Origin: Candidatus Electrothrix gigas
GTDB taxonomy: Bacteria; Desulfobacterota; Desulfobulbia; Desulfobulbales; Desulfobulbaceae
Length of the DNA: 24,000 nucleotides
Direction: 5' to 3'
Assembly: GCA_022766165.1 (NCBI GenBank)
Contig: QYLO01000020.1
Span: 23,061-47,060, forward strand
In this document: positions 14,628 through 23,130 of the stretch, one piece after another
Numbering within the stretch: the stretch's first letter is position 1
Layout of the letters: each line of letters starts with the position of its first letter
Notes under the pieces: generated by a model
Told to the model about the DNA's origin: nothing
Database searches by the model: none
What the model saw: only the letters and a program-made list of their open reading frames with translations
Program-made: the position numbers and the translations under genes

Positions 14628-15596
14628 TTAATACCGCAACCCTACCCGATCTCGAACCAGATCTAAGGTCTCAATCGCCTTTCCCCGTGCTTTATCTGCG
14701 CCCCTCTGCAAAACTTCCCGCAAATAATCCTGATGTTGTAGCAGCTCCTTTTTTTGAGTTCGGGCATCGGCATAATACTCTCGGATCAGCTCAAAGAGAT
14801 CCTGCTTCAGATAGCCGTATGCTGCGCCTCCGTTGACATACAGGTCATGCACCTCTGCCATTTTTTCCTCTGAGGCAAAGAGCTTGAGCAAGGCATAGAG
14901 GTTGCAGGTGTCGGGGTTCTTAGGCTCTTCCACTGGGGTGGAATCGGTCTGCACCGCCATAACCCGTTTTCGTAAGGGTTTATCATCTAAAAAGATAGGA
15001 ATGGTGTTGTTGTATGACTTGGACATCTTCTGCCCGTCCAGTCCTGGAATGATGGCTGTGCTTTCGCTGATTGCCGGTTCCGGCAACACAAAGGTCTCGC
15101 CAAAGGTATTGTTGAATTTAATGGCAATGTCGCGGGCCACTTCCAGGTGTTGTTTCTGATCCTTACCTACCGGGACGATTTCTGATTGATAGAGTAAAAT
15201 ATCTGCGGCCATGAGGACAGGATAGGCAAACAGACCATGATTGGCAGCAATGCCCTTGGCGACCTTGTCCTTATAGGAATGACAGCGTTCCAGCAGGCCC
15301 ATTGGTGTCATGTTGGAAAGAATCCAAGAAAGCTCGCAGACTTCAGGAACATCAGATTGAACCCAGAACGTGCATTTTTCTGGATCAAGTCCGAGGGAGA
15401 GAAAATCTGCTGCTGCTTCCAATGTGCCGGTAGCGAGCTTGTCACGATCCTGTACTGAAGTCAGAGCGTGAAGATCAACAATAAAGACAAAGAGGTCTGA
15501 GGTTTCCATGTTGGCGATCATGGTTTTCATCATACCAAAATAGTTGCCAATATGAAGTTGTCCAGAGGGCTGAATGCCGGAGAGTATACGTTGCAT
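14628..15596 (-). CDS. trpS: Tryptophan--tRNA ligase
   Basis: From the ATG at 15596 the protein begins MQRILSGIQPSGQLHIGNYFG (HIGH-type motif). The KMSKS motif is present (DGQKMSKSYNN). The length is 323 aa. The 38 extra N-terminal codons in the ORF track (start at 15710) are hydrophobic junk and unlikely to be translated. Confidence 0.95.
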   Translation of the reverse strand: MQRILSGIQPSGQLHIGNYFGMMKTMIANMETSDLFVFIVDLHALTSVQDRDKLATGTLEAAADFLSLGLDPEKCTFWVQSDVPEVCELSWILSNMTPMGLLERCHSYKDKVAKGIAANHGLFAYPVLMAADILLYQSEIVPVGKDQKQHLEVARDIAIKFNNTFGETFVLPEPAISESTAIIPGLDGQKMSKSYNNTIPIFLDDKPLRKRVMAVQTDSTPVEEPKNPDTCNLYALLKLFASEEKMAEVHDLYVNGGAAYGYLKQDLFELIREYYADARTQKKELLQHQDYLREVLQRGADKARGKAIETLDLVRDRVGLRY

Positions 15597-15647
15597 AGTA
15601 TGTGCGGTATTTGCTAAAGAGTTGACGATGAATACATGAATCAGCAG

Positions 15648-15676
15648 AATATACCAGTATTTTTTTTCTCTCGCAA
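15648..15676 (-). promoter_or_regulatory. Candidate sigma70-type promoter for trpS (TTGCGA-N17-TATATT on the minus strand)
   Basis: The reverse complement of 15671-15676 is TTGCGA and that of 15648-15653 is TATATT, with a 17-nt spacer, about 50 nt upstream of the ATG at 15596. Confidence 0.35.
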
Positions 15677-15796
15677 CAGGCAGGGCATAAGGAAGTTTTT
15701 CAGTTTTCATATTGTTCTGTCCTTGCTATGATGGGATTGTGTTGGCAGCAAAATGTTTTTCTGCCTTTTTTATTCCAACAAATAAAGAGTCGAACT

Positions 15797-17305
15797 ATGT
15801 TAATGAAAAAAACACTTCCCTTGCTTATTCTTTTGTTCTCATGTTGTTATTCTGTCTGCTCTGCCGATCCTTCTCTTGAAAACAACAGTAACCAGGTGTC
15901 TATCCTCTTTTGCAAATGAATGATGTATATGAGATTGATCCTGTTAACGGAGGCAAAGAAGGAGGGCTTGCTCGGGTAGCGACCCTGTGCGATCAGCTTC
16001 TCAGGCGCAACCCAGACACGATTACAGTTCTTGCAGGTGATCTCTTTAGTCCTTCGGCCTTGGGAACAGCACCCTATAAAGATGGGCGTCTGAACGGCAA
16101 ACAGATGGTTGCAACCATGAACGTCTTGGGACTTGATTACATCACCTTTGGTAATCATGAGTTTGATCTCAAAAAAGAGCCTTTTTATGATCGGCTCAAA
16201 GAGTCAGAATTTACCTGGATTTCCAGTAATTGTTTTACAGAAAATGGCACAGCCTTTCCAGGGGTTCTTGAGGATAAGATCCTTGATATCAAAGGGGTAA
16301 AAGTTGGTTTTTTTGCTGTTACCCTGACAAAAAATCAGGTTGATTACGTAACCTATAAAGATCCTTTTGAAATTGCACAACAGAAGGTTGCTGAGTTGCG
16401 TCCAAAGGTTGATATTCTTATAGCCTTGACCCATCTCAATAAGGATGATGATATCAGACTGGCTGAAAAATTTCCGGCAATTGATCTCATTCTCGGAGGA
16501 CATGAGCATGAAAATATGCAATTTTGGAGAGGAAAGGGCTTTACACCGGTGTTCAAGGCTGATGCTAACGCTCGCACCGTGTATATACATGATTTGTCCT
16601 ACAACAGAAGTGCAGGTGCAGGAGAAGCTCCAGCGAAAAAATTGACCATCACCTCCAAGCTGCAACAGATTACAGATGCGTTGCCTGATCAACCTCAAAC
16701 CGCTGAGGTTGTTAAAAAATGGCGAGAGATTGGCTATACTGGATTCAGCAAGGACGGTTTTGATCCTGAACAGGTCGTAGCCACATCTGATGTAGATCTG
16801 GACGGACTGGAAGCCAGCGTGCGTAATTCCTCCACCAAGCTTACTGAGCTGATTGCTGACGCCATGCTGACGGCGGCTGACAAGGCGCAACTTTCCATAT
16901 ATAATGGAGGGGCCGTACGTATTGACGATGTTCTTCCTGCCGGAAATATCACAGAATATGATATCATCAGGATTCTCCGCCTTTGACGGTCATGTTTTCA
17001 CTGTCACAATGAAGGGTTCCTTACTTGAAAAGACACTGAATAAGGGAGAGGAGAGTAAAGGCGAGGGCGGTTTTCTTCAGACCGGTAATGTGAGCGGTGG
17101 CAAAGGAAAACCGTGGCTGATCCAAGGCAAAGTGCTTGATCAGGATGCTCAATACACTGTGGCAATACTGGATTATTTGATCAAGGTTGGTGACGATAAA
17201 CTGAAATTTCTTGTGGATAATCCTGAGGTGCCTACCGTTGCAGATAACGGAGATATCAGAAAGGCTTTGATCGCAGAACTTAAAAAGGCATTTGCTGCCC
17301 AATAA
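15797..17305 (+). pseudogene. Secreted 5'-nucleotidase / metallophosphoesterase (UshA-like) interrupted by two frameshifts
   Basis: Three consecutive frames together encode one protein. (1) 15797-15919 gives the signal peptide MLMKKTLPLLILLFSCCYSVCSA...QVSILF. (2) 15910-16986 gives the metallophosphoesterase domain (LQMNDVYEI..., GNHEFD, GGHEHE) and the start of the 5'-nucleotidase C-domain. (3) The stretch from about 16978 to 17305 gives FDGHVFTVTMKGSLLEKTL.... The frame breaks lie at the T4 run 15908-15911 and within 16975-16983. Confidence 0.75.
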
Positions 17306-17366
17306 ATCTTTAGATCTCTAGGTTTCGCTCGATTGTACCCATTGTACCCCTATTATCTATGCCTCT

Positions 17367-19088
17367 ATGCCTCCCATTATCACCTTTATAGGCTGGCACG
17401 ATTCCGGTAAAACCACCTTGGCTTCTCAGGTTGTCCGCCTGCTGAAAGAACGCCGTTATTCCGTGGCTGTGATTAAATCCACTAAAGATACTGGATTACT
17501 GCCCAATCAGGAAGGGACAGATACAGGTGCCTATACACAGGCCGGAGCTGATGCTGTTATGCTGGTGGCGCCGGATCAGTTGGTTCTGACTGCTGATCAG
17601 CCGGAAAAAAATCTTCCAGCCTTGGCCCAGCGTTTTTTTGCTGCTGTAGACTTGGTTGTTGCTGAGGGGTTTAAAGGGGCAGACAAGGTCGACAAAATTG
17701 AGGTATTCAGGGGGCAGGGTGTCCGTCTTGCCGAGCAAGTCAGTGGGGTTGTTGCTGTGGCAACGGATCAGCAGGTTACTGCCCCTGTGCTTTTTTCTCT
17801 GAATCAACCGGAAAAGATAGCAGCTTTTCTGGAAAAAGAATATATCCGAATACCCTCTGCGCAAGCTCGCAAGGTCCTTATGATCACAACACGACAAGGG
17901 AGAATTATGAACAGTATGCAGTCATTCACCGTGACCCAGCCCACCCGTCTCCAGTTTGGTGCAGGCACGGTTAAAAATTTGGGCAAGACAGTAAAGGATT
18001 TGAACGGCAGCAAGGTCTTGTTGGTCATAGACCCTGGCCTTGTCAAGGCAGGTCTGCTTGACCGTTTCATAACTCCATTGGAGCAGGAAGGTATTCCCTT
18101 TACTGTCTACGATACCATTGACCCGGAACCGGGCCTGAAACTGGCTGATAAGGGCTGTGCCATTGCCCAGGAAGCTGGTTGTGACTGCGTGGTTGGTGCT
18201 GGTGGCGGCTCGGCAATGGACGTGGCCAAGGCTGTATCGATTCTGCTGACCAATAATGGCAAGGCCGTGGATTATCTTGGGTTAGGATTAATAAAAAAGC
18301 CGGGCGTACCCAAAATCATGGTACCCACTTCGGCTGGAACAGGTGCCGAGGTAACCTTTACTGCTGTATTTATTAATGAGGAAACTGGCTCTAAGGGCGG
18401 CATGAATGGTGATCCTCTGTACCCGGATGCTGCCATTCTTGATCCAGAATTAACGCTGAGTCTGCCCGCCAAGGTGACAGCCTATACCGGAATTGATGCC
18501 CTGACCCATGCCCTGGAGGCATATACCTCGACCCAGGCCCATACTCTTTCTGAGATGTACTCTCTGGAGGCCATTGACCTGATTGCTCGTAATCTGCCTG
18601 CGGCCTGTGCCAATGGTGGTAACCTTGAGGCCCGTGCAGCCATGCTCATGGGTTCGCTGCTGGGCGGTAAAGCACTGGCTACAGCCGGGGTTGGTTTGGT
18701 TCACGCAATGGCCTATCCTATGGGCGGTATGTTTGGGGTTCCGCACGGACTGGCTAATGCTGTATTGCTGCCATATATAGTACAGTATAATTTGCCAGGC
18801 AATTATGAAAAGTTTGCCCTGCTTGCCAAGGTGCTGGGACAGAATACAGAGGGATTATCCCGCCGTGATGCTGCCTCTCTCTGTGTTGAAGCCTTGTATG
18901 ATTTGAACAGGGATGTGGGTATTCCGGCAACCTTACAAGATCTGGATATTCCCTTGGACAAAATTCCTGAAATGGCTGCAATCGCTCTGACCGTGACCCG
19001 GCCTGTGGAGAATAATCCCCGCCAGCCTTCCCTTGCCGATGTTATTGCCGTGTATGAGCGGGCCTATCGGCATGAAATTGGGCTGTAA
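17367..19088 (+). CDS. In-frame fusion of a MobB-like P-loop protein (aa 1 to about 175) and an iron-containing (group III) alcohol dehydrogenase (aa about 181-573)
   Basis: The N-terminal part is IITFIGWHDSGKTTLASQVVRLLKERRYSVAVIKSTK...DLVVAEGFK...KIEVFR, which is MobB-like with a Walker A motif. The C-terminal part has GAGGGSAMDVAKA, DALTHALEAY and HAMAYPMGGMFGVPHGLANA, which are Fe-ADH motifs. No stop separates the two. An internal ATG at 17907 is preceded by AAGGGAG. Confidence 0.85.
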   Translation: MPPIITFIGWHDSGKTTLASQVVRLLKERRYSVAVIKSTKDTGLLPNQEGTDTGAYTQAGADAVMLVAPDQLVLTADQPEKNLPALAQRFFAAVDLVVAEGFKGADKVDKIEVFRGQGVRLAEQVSGVVAVATDQQVTAPVLFSLNQPEKIAAFLEKEYIRIPSAQARKVLMITTRQGRIMNSMQSFTVTQPTRLQFGAGTVKNLGKTVKDLNGSKVLLVIDPGLVKAGLLDRFITPLEQEGIPFTVYDTIDPEPGLKLADKGCAIAQEAGCDCVVGAGGGSAMDVAKAVSILLTNNGKAVDYLGLGLIKKPGVPKIMVPTSAGTGAEVTFTAVFINEETGSKGGMNGDPLYPDAAILDPELTLSLPAKVTAYTGIDALTHALEAYTSTQAHTLSEMYSLEAIDLIARNLPAACANGGNLEARAAMLMGSLLGGKALATAGVGLVHAMAYPMGGMFGVPHGLANAVLLPYIVQYNLPGNYEKFALLAKVLGQNTEGLSRRDAASLCVEALYDLNRDVGIPATLQDLDIPLDKIPEMAAIALTVTRPVENNPRQPSLADVIAVYERAYRHEIGL

Positions 19089-19103
19089 TGTTGTTGTAGA
19101 GTT

Positions 19104-19180
19104 GTAGAGGCGAATTCCTGTGTTCGCCGGATAAATCGCATGGTGTACAAATCGGGCAGGCACAAGTACCTTGCCCCTAC
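19104..19180. repeat. GTAGGGGCGAAT-family REP/MITE-like element (copy c)
   Basis: The left arm is gtagaggcgaattcctgtgttcgcc. The right arm is gggcaggcacaagtaccttgcccctac. Each arm is itself a hairpin, and the outer GTAG.GG/CCCCTAC ends are complementary. It lies between the ADH stop and the CNNM start. Confidence 0.7.
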
Positions 19181-19191
19181 TGGAGGGTATT

Positions 19192-20262
19192 ATGCTTTTG
19201 GAACTTGTTCTTGCTGTCAGTTTTGCCGTGTTTACTTCTGCATTTTGTAGCCTGCTGGAGGCTGTACTCTATTCGTTGCCCATGAGCCGCATTGAGCTGC
19301 TGGCGAATACACGACCAATAACTTCGGCTATTCTCAAGAAGTTGAAGACAAATATAGATCAACCCATTACGGCTATCCTCACCTTGAACACTATAGCCAA
19401 CACTATGGGGGCCGCTGTTGCCGGTGCTGCTGCTGCGTCAGTTTTTGGGGCAAACAACCTTATCTGGTTTTCTGTCTTTTTCACCTTGGTTATTCTTCTT
19501 TTGTCGGAAATTTTGCCCAAGACCATAGGGGTGGAATTCAACGGTTTATTGGCACCCTATATAGCCCGTCCCCTTCATCTGATGGTTGTTGTCCTGAAAC
19601 CGATTATTTTAATCTGTCAGGCCATGACCCATCTGATTCCGAAATCGTCTGGATCCGAGGTTTCAGCAAAAGAAGTGATTGCCATTGCCCGTATGAGTCG
19701 TAAATCTGGCGAAATAGAACGGGACCAAGAACAGGTGATCACCAATATTATTGCCCTGCGCAATAAAACCGTGCGTCAGGTTATGACCCCGCGAACCGTA
19801 ACGTTTAGCCTGAGCAGGGATATGACCGTAGAACAGGCTGCTCTGTTGACTGACCAGTGGCGTATGCACAGCAGGGTGCCAGTCTATGGCAGGGACAGCA
19901 ATGATGTGGTTGGAATTGTCCTCAGCTATGAGGTCATGCAGGCAACAGTAGAGGGGAACCGGGAACGCTGCCTCAAAGACATTATGCACCCGGTTCATTT
20001 TGTTCCAGAGATTGCCTTGCTCAACAAGGTGATGTTAGAGTTTTTTGAAAAGAATCAGCATCTCTTTGTGGTGGTGGATGAGTACGGCTCTGTGACGGGA
20101 GTCATCAGCCTAGAGGATATTCTTGAAGAGATTATAGGGCGGGAAATTGTTGATGAGTCAGACAGAACCAGGGATATGCGGGCCTTGGCCCGAGCTGCTC
20201 GCAAGAAAAGCACTTTTCCGATAAAGGAAAAAAAACTGGGCGATTCGAAAACTATCATGTAG
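19192..20262 (+). CDS. CNNM/DUF21 transmembrane domain plus CBS-pair protein (HlyC/CorC-type transporter family, without an obvious CorC C-domain)
   Basis: The ATG at 19192 follows GGAGG. The TTG at 19171 in the track lies inside the REP element. The N-terminal four-TM DUF21-like region contains ILPKTIG. The CBS pair contains VRQVMTPRTV...VPVY...VVGIV...VVVDEYGSVTGVISLEDILEEIIG. Confidence 0.85.
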   Translation: MLLELVLAVSFAVFTSAFCSLLEAVLYSLPMSRIELLANTRPITSAILKKLKTNIDQPITAILTLNTIANTMGAAVAGAAAASVFGANNLIWFSVFFTLVILLLSEILPKTIGVEFNGLLAPYIARPLHLMVVVLKPIILICQAMTHLIPKSSGSEVSAKEVIAIARMSRKSGEIERDQEQVITNIIALRNKTVRQVMTPRTVTFSLSRDMTVEQAALLTDQWRMHSRVPVYGRDSNDVVGIVLSYEVMQATVEGNRERCLKDIMHPVHFVPEIALLNKVMLEFFEKNQHLFVVVDEYGSVTGVISLEDILEEIIGREIVDESDRTRDMRALARAARKKSTFPIKEKKLGDSKTIM

Positions 20263-20280
20263 CAATTGGAGGAGATAACG

Positions 20281-20781
20281 ATGGGGAATCCACTACAGGA
20301 GCAGCTGCTCAAGGCCGGGCTGGTCAGTAAAAAGCAGGCCAATAAGGTCAAGCAGGAGCAGTACGTTCAGAGCAAAAAAAAGAAAAAGAGCAAGTCTGTC
20401 AGGAAGAGTGGCAGAAAACCGATCTCAAAGGCTGAAGTTGCACGAGCTGCTGAGGTGGCCCGAAACAGGGAACTGAGCCGGAAGCAGGCTGAGGAACAAA
20501 AGCAGCATGAGCTACAGGCTCAGATTAAGCAACTTGTGATGCAGAATCGCCTGGAGCGGAATGAAAACGGACAGGCCTATCACTTTGCTCTGGGAAAAAA
20601 GATCCACCGAATTTTTGTGGATAAAGAGATGATTGACCGTCTCTGTCAAGGTCAGTTGGGCATTGTTCAGCTTGTTGACAGTTTTGAGGTGGTGCCTGCC
20701 AAGGTGGTTCAGCAGGTCGCAGAGCGTGATAAAGAGGCGGTGGTTTCCCTGCGGGAACCGAGTGAGGAAGAAGACTGGTGA
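20281..20781 (+). CDS. DUF2058 (YaiL-like) protein
   Basis: The ATG at 20281 follows GGAGGAG. The N-terminus LQEQLLKAGLVSKKQANKV, the Lys-rich low-complexity region and the C-terminal globular part (YHFALGKKIHRIFV...LGIVQL) match my memory of the DUF2058 family. The gene is probably co-transcribed with the CNNM gene, with an 18-nt gap. Confidence 0.7.
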   Translation: MGNPLQEQLLKAGLVSKKQANKVKQEQYVQSKKKKKSKSVRKSGRKPISKAEVARAAEVARNRELSRKQAEEQKQHELQAQIKQLVMQNRLERNENGQAYHFALGKKIHRIFVDKEMIDRLCQGQLGIVQLVDSFEVVPAKVVQQVAERDKEAVVSLREPSEEEDW

Positions 20782-20811
20782 TAATCTGTTGATTTTATTT
20801 TGCAGAGTGAT

Positions 20812-20889
20812 TGTAGGGGCGAATCCCTGTGTTTGCCCTGAATATCTGTGCGAGATATAAACGGGCAGGCACAGGGACCTGCCCCTACA
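20812..20889. repeat. GTAGGGGCGAAT-family REP/MITE-like element (copy d)
   Basis: tgtaggggcgaatccctgtgtttgccc ... gggcaggcacagggacctgcccctaca. The arms closely match copy c at 19104-19180. Confidence 0.7.
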
Positions 20890-20915
20890 GCGTTCGATTC
20901 ATCGGGTTATTTGAC

Positions 20916-20949
20916 AACCTCGTCCCTTGGGGCGGGGTTTCTTTGTTTT
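20916..20949 (+). terminator. Intrinsic terminator downstream of the DUF2058 gene
   Basis: AACCTCGTCC-cttg-GGGGCGGGGTT forms a stem of about 10 bp with two G-T pairs. It is followed by tCTTTGTTTT. Confidence 0.6.
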
Positions 20950-20994
20950 ATAAGGGTCTGAAAAAAGGATTTTGATATTTTAGAGGGAAAATTT

Positions 20995-22299
20995 ATGACT
21001 ATTCGTATTGAAAATTATGCAACAGATCAGGGAAAAAAGAGCATGGATAGCCTGCGAGACCGCTTTGCCCTTGCTGACAGCAACTGCGCCCAGACCGTGA
21101 CAGATATCCTGGACCAGGTGCGCAATCGTGGCGATGAAGCCGTGTTGGAGTATACTCGCCGTTTTGATGCGCCAGAGCTGAGTCTTAAAGCATTCAAGGT
21201 GAGCAAAGAAGAGTTTTCCAAAGCAGCAGAGGCGGTTGATAATGATTTCATGACAACGCTTAGTTTTGCTGCGGAGCGGATTCGCCTGTTTCATGAGCGG
21301 GAGATGGAAGATTCCTGGATGATGACCCGTGACGACGGCACCATTACCGGGCGTTTGGTTCGGCCTGTGGACTCCGCAGGCCTCTATGTGCCTGGAGGAC
21401 AGGGCGGTTCCACCCCTTTGGTTTCTTCAGTGCTGATGAATGCGATTCCTGCAGGTATTGCCGGGGTGCAGCAGCGGATCATGATGACCCCGCCCAATAA
21501 GGACGGCAAGATTGCTCCGGCCCTGCTCATGGCAGCCAAGGAAGTTGGAATCACTGAGGTCTATAAGGCCGGATCAGCCTGGGCCATTGCCGCCTTGGCC
21601 TTTGGCACTGAGTCTGTGCCTGCGGTGGATGTCATTGTCGGGCCGGGCAACCAGTTTGTCACTGAGGCAAAACGGCAGGTCATGGGCAAGGTGCGCATTG
21701 ATATGATCGCTGGCCCCAGCGAGGTGCTGATTGTTGCTGATCATGCCGCGAACCCTGCCTATATTGCTGCGGATATGCTGGCCCAGGCCGAGCATGATCC
21801 TATGGCCTTGGCCCTGCTGCTTACCACCGAGATGCGCATTGCTGAGGCAGTCAAGGCGGAGTTGGAAAAACAACTGCCAGAGCTAGTCCGCGAGGATATC
21901 GCTAGAACCTCGCTCGAACAACGGGGTCTGATCCTGGTGGTGGAGAATCTGGAACAAGGGGTTCAGCTGGCGAACGAGATTGCTATTGAGCATCTTGAGC
22001 TGCAGGTGGAAGAGCCTTGGCAGTGGTTACCCAAGATCAAACATGCTGGAGCTATCTTTCTTGGCCCGCATACCCCAGAGGCGGCTGGTGATTATGTGGC
22101 TGGTCCCAACCATGTTCTGCCCACTATGGGTACAGCCCGCATTTCTTCGGCCCTTGGGGTGGAGACCTTTCTCAAGAAGAGTTCTATTATCTCCTATTCC
22201 CGTCAGGCCCTGCTCAACGATGCGGATCATATCCAGCGACTGGCAAACTTGGAAGGGTTAAGTGCCCATGCCAATTCTGTGGCGGTGCGGGTGAAATAA
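20995..22299 (+). CDS. hisD: Histidinol dehydrogenase
   Basis: The RBS is GAGGGA. The length is 434 aa. Conserved HisD blocks are present: RGDEAVLEYTRRFD, GLYVPGG, AGPSEVLIVAD, QAEHDP and GDYVAGPNHVLPT. Confidence 0.95.
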   Translation: MTIRIENYATDQGKKSMDSLRDRFALADSNCAQTVTDILDQVRNRGDEAVLEYTRRFDAPELSLKAFKVSKEEFSKAAEAVDNDFMTTLSFAAERIRLFHEREMEDSWMMTRDDGTITGRLVRPVDSAGLYVPGGQGGSTPLVSSVLMNAIPAGIAGVQQRIMMTPPNKDGKIAPALLMAAKEVGITEVYKAGSAWAIAALAFGTESVPAVDVIVGPGNQFVTEAKRQVMGKVRIDMIAGPSEVLIVADHAANPAYIAADMLAQAEHDPMALALLLTTEMRIAEAVKAELEKQLPELVREDIARTSLEQRGLILVVENLEQGVQLANEIAIEHLELQVEEPWQWLPKIKHAGAIFLGPHTPEAAGDYVAGPNHVLPTMGTARISSALGVETFLKKSSIISYSRQALLNDADHIQRLANLEGLSAHANSVAVRVK

Positions 22300-22318
22300 A
22301 ATTGCAACAGGGAGCTGG

Positions 22319-22921
22319 ATGATGAAAACACAGACCATTCACGAAGGCGTAAGCATTCAGGACTACCTGAATGGAGAGCAGCAGACCGAGATCCGACATG
22401 AATACATCAACGGTACCACCCATGCTATGGGCGGGGCAAGTGCGGCCCATAACCTGATTGCCGGTAATGTGTTTGCCGTTCTTCATGCGGCGGCCCGCAA
22501 TACGCCCTGTCAGGTCTTTATGGCGGACATGAAGGTCTATCTCAAGATTGCAGAAGAGGATGTCTTTTACTATCCAGATCTACTGGTTAGCTGTGATCCG
22601 GAGGATAACGAAAAGTATTACCGAACCCGTCCCTGCCTGATCGTTGAGGTACTCTCCCCGACAACTGAACGTATTGACCGGCGAGAAAAATTCATGGCCT
22701 ATACCTCACTTCCCTCGTTGCAGGAGTATGTCCTTATTGCCCAGGATCGGCAGGCGGTCATGGTTTTTCGGCGAAAAAAGAGCTGGAAGCTGGAGCTGTT
22801 CCAGAGCGAGGAGGAGTTTTCTTCTGACTGTCTGGAGTGTACGCTGCCGCTTGCCGAGGTGTATCACTCGATGATCCAGTTTTTTTACCTTGCAAAGTTT
22901 TCAAGAATTCTGTTCAATTAG
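22319..22921 (+). CDS. Uma2-family (DUF820) putative endonuclease
   Basis: RHEYINGTTHAMGGASAAHNLIAGNVF..., YYPDLLVSCD and LIVEVLSPTTERIDRREKFMAYTSLPSLQEYVLIAQD match the PD-(D/E)xK-type Uma2 pattern. It starts 20 nt after hisD. Confidence 0.8.
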   Translation: MMKTQTIHEGVSIQDYLNGEQQTEIRHEYINGTTHAMGGASAAHNLIAGNVFAVLHAAARNTPCQVFMADMKVYLKIAEEDVFYYPDLLVSCDPEDNEKYYRTRPCLIVEVLSPTTERIDRREKFMAYTSLPSLQEYVLIAQDRQAVMVFRRKKSWKLELFQSEEEFSSDCLECTLPLAEVYHSMIQFFYLAKFSRILFN

Positions 22922-23130
22922 GGAATCTTTTTTGAATCCCAAAATAAGAAATAGGGAGATTGGTCTAACAATAAAACGGATTAAGCTTTGCGAAACCCTT
23001 CGACGTTCTAAAGCTAGGCCAACTCCCCAAAGAGTACAATAAGGATGGTGAGTCGAGATTTAACTTTTCAAAATATAAATATTATTATAACACTGAGTCC
23101 TCAATATTGTCATCCACTAAGAGAGAACTC

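Noticed and set aside
15597-15796. A possible T-box or attenuator leader upstream of trpS.
   Set aside because: The predicted leader is only about 50 nt if the TTGCGA/TATATT promoter is real. I could not find a specifier-loop or T-box consensus, or a terminator/antiterminator pair.
16984-16986. The in-frame TGA ending the middle nucleotidase segment, as possible selenocysteine or programmed recoding.
   Set aside because: Read-through in the same frame gives nonsense (…LRSCFHCHNEGFLT-stop), while the +1 frame continues the conserved domain. A plain frameshift explains it, and no SECIS-like context is needed.
17333-17350. The direct duplication attgtaccc-attgtaccc upstream of the MobB-like ORF.
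   Set aside because: It is only two copies of 9 nt with no associated structure or motif. This is too little to interpret.
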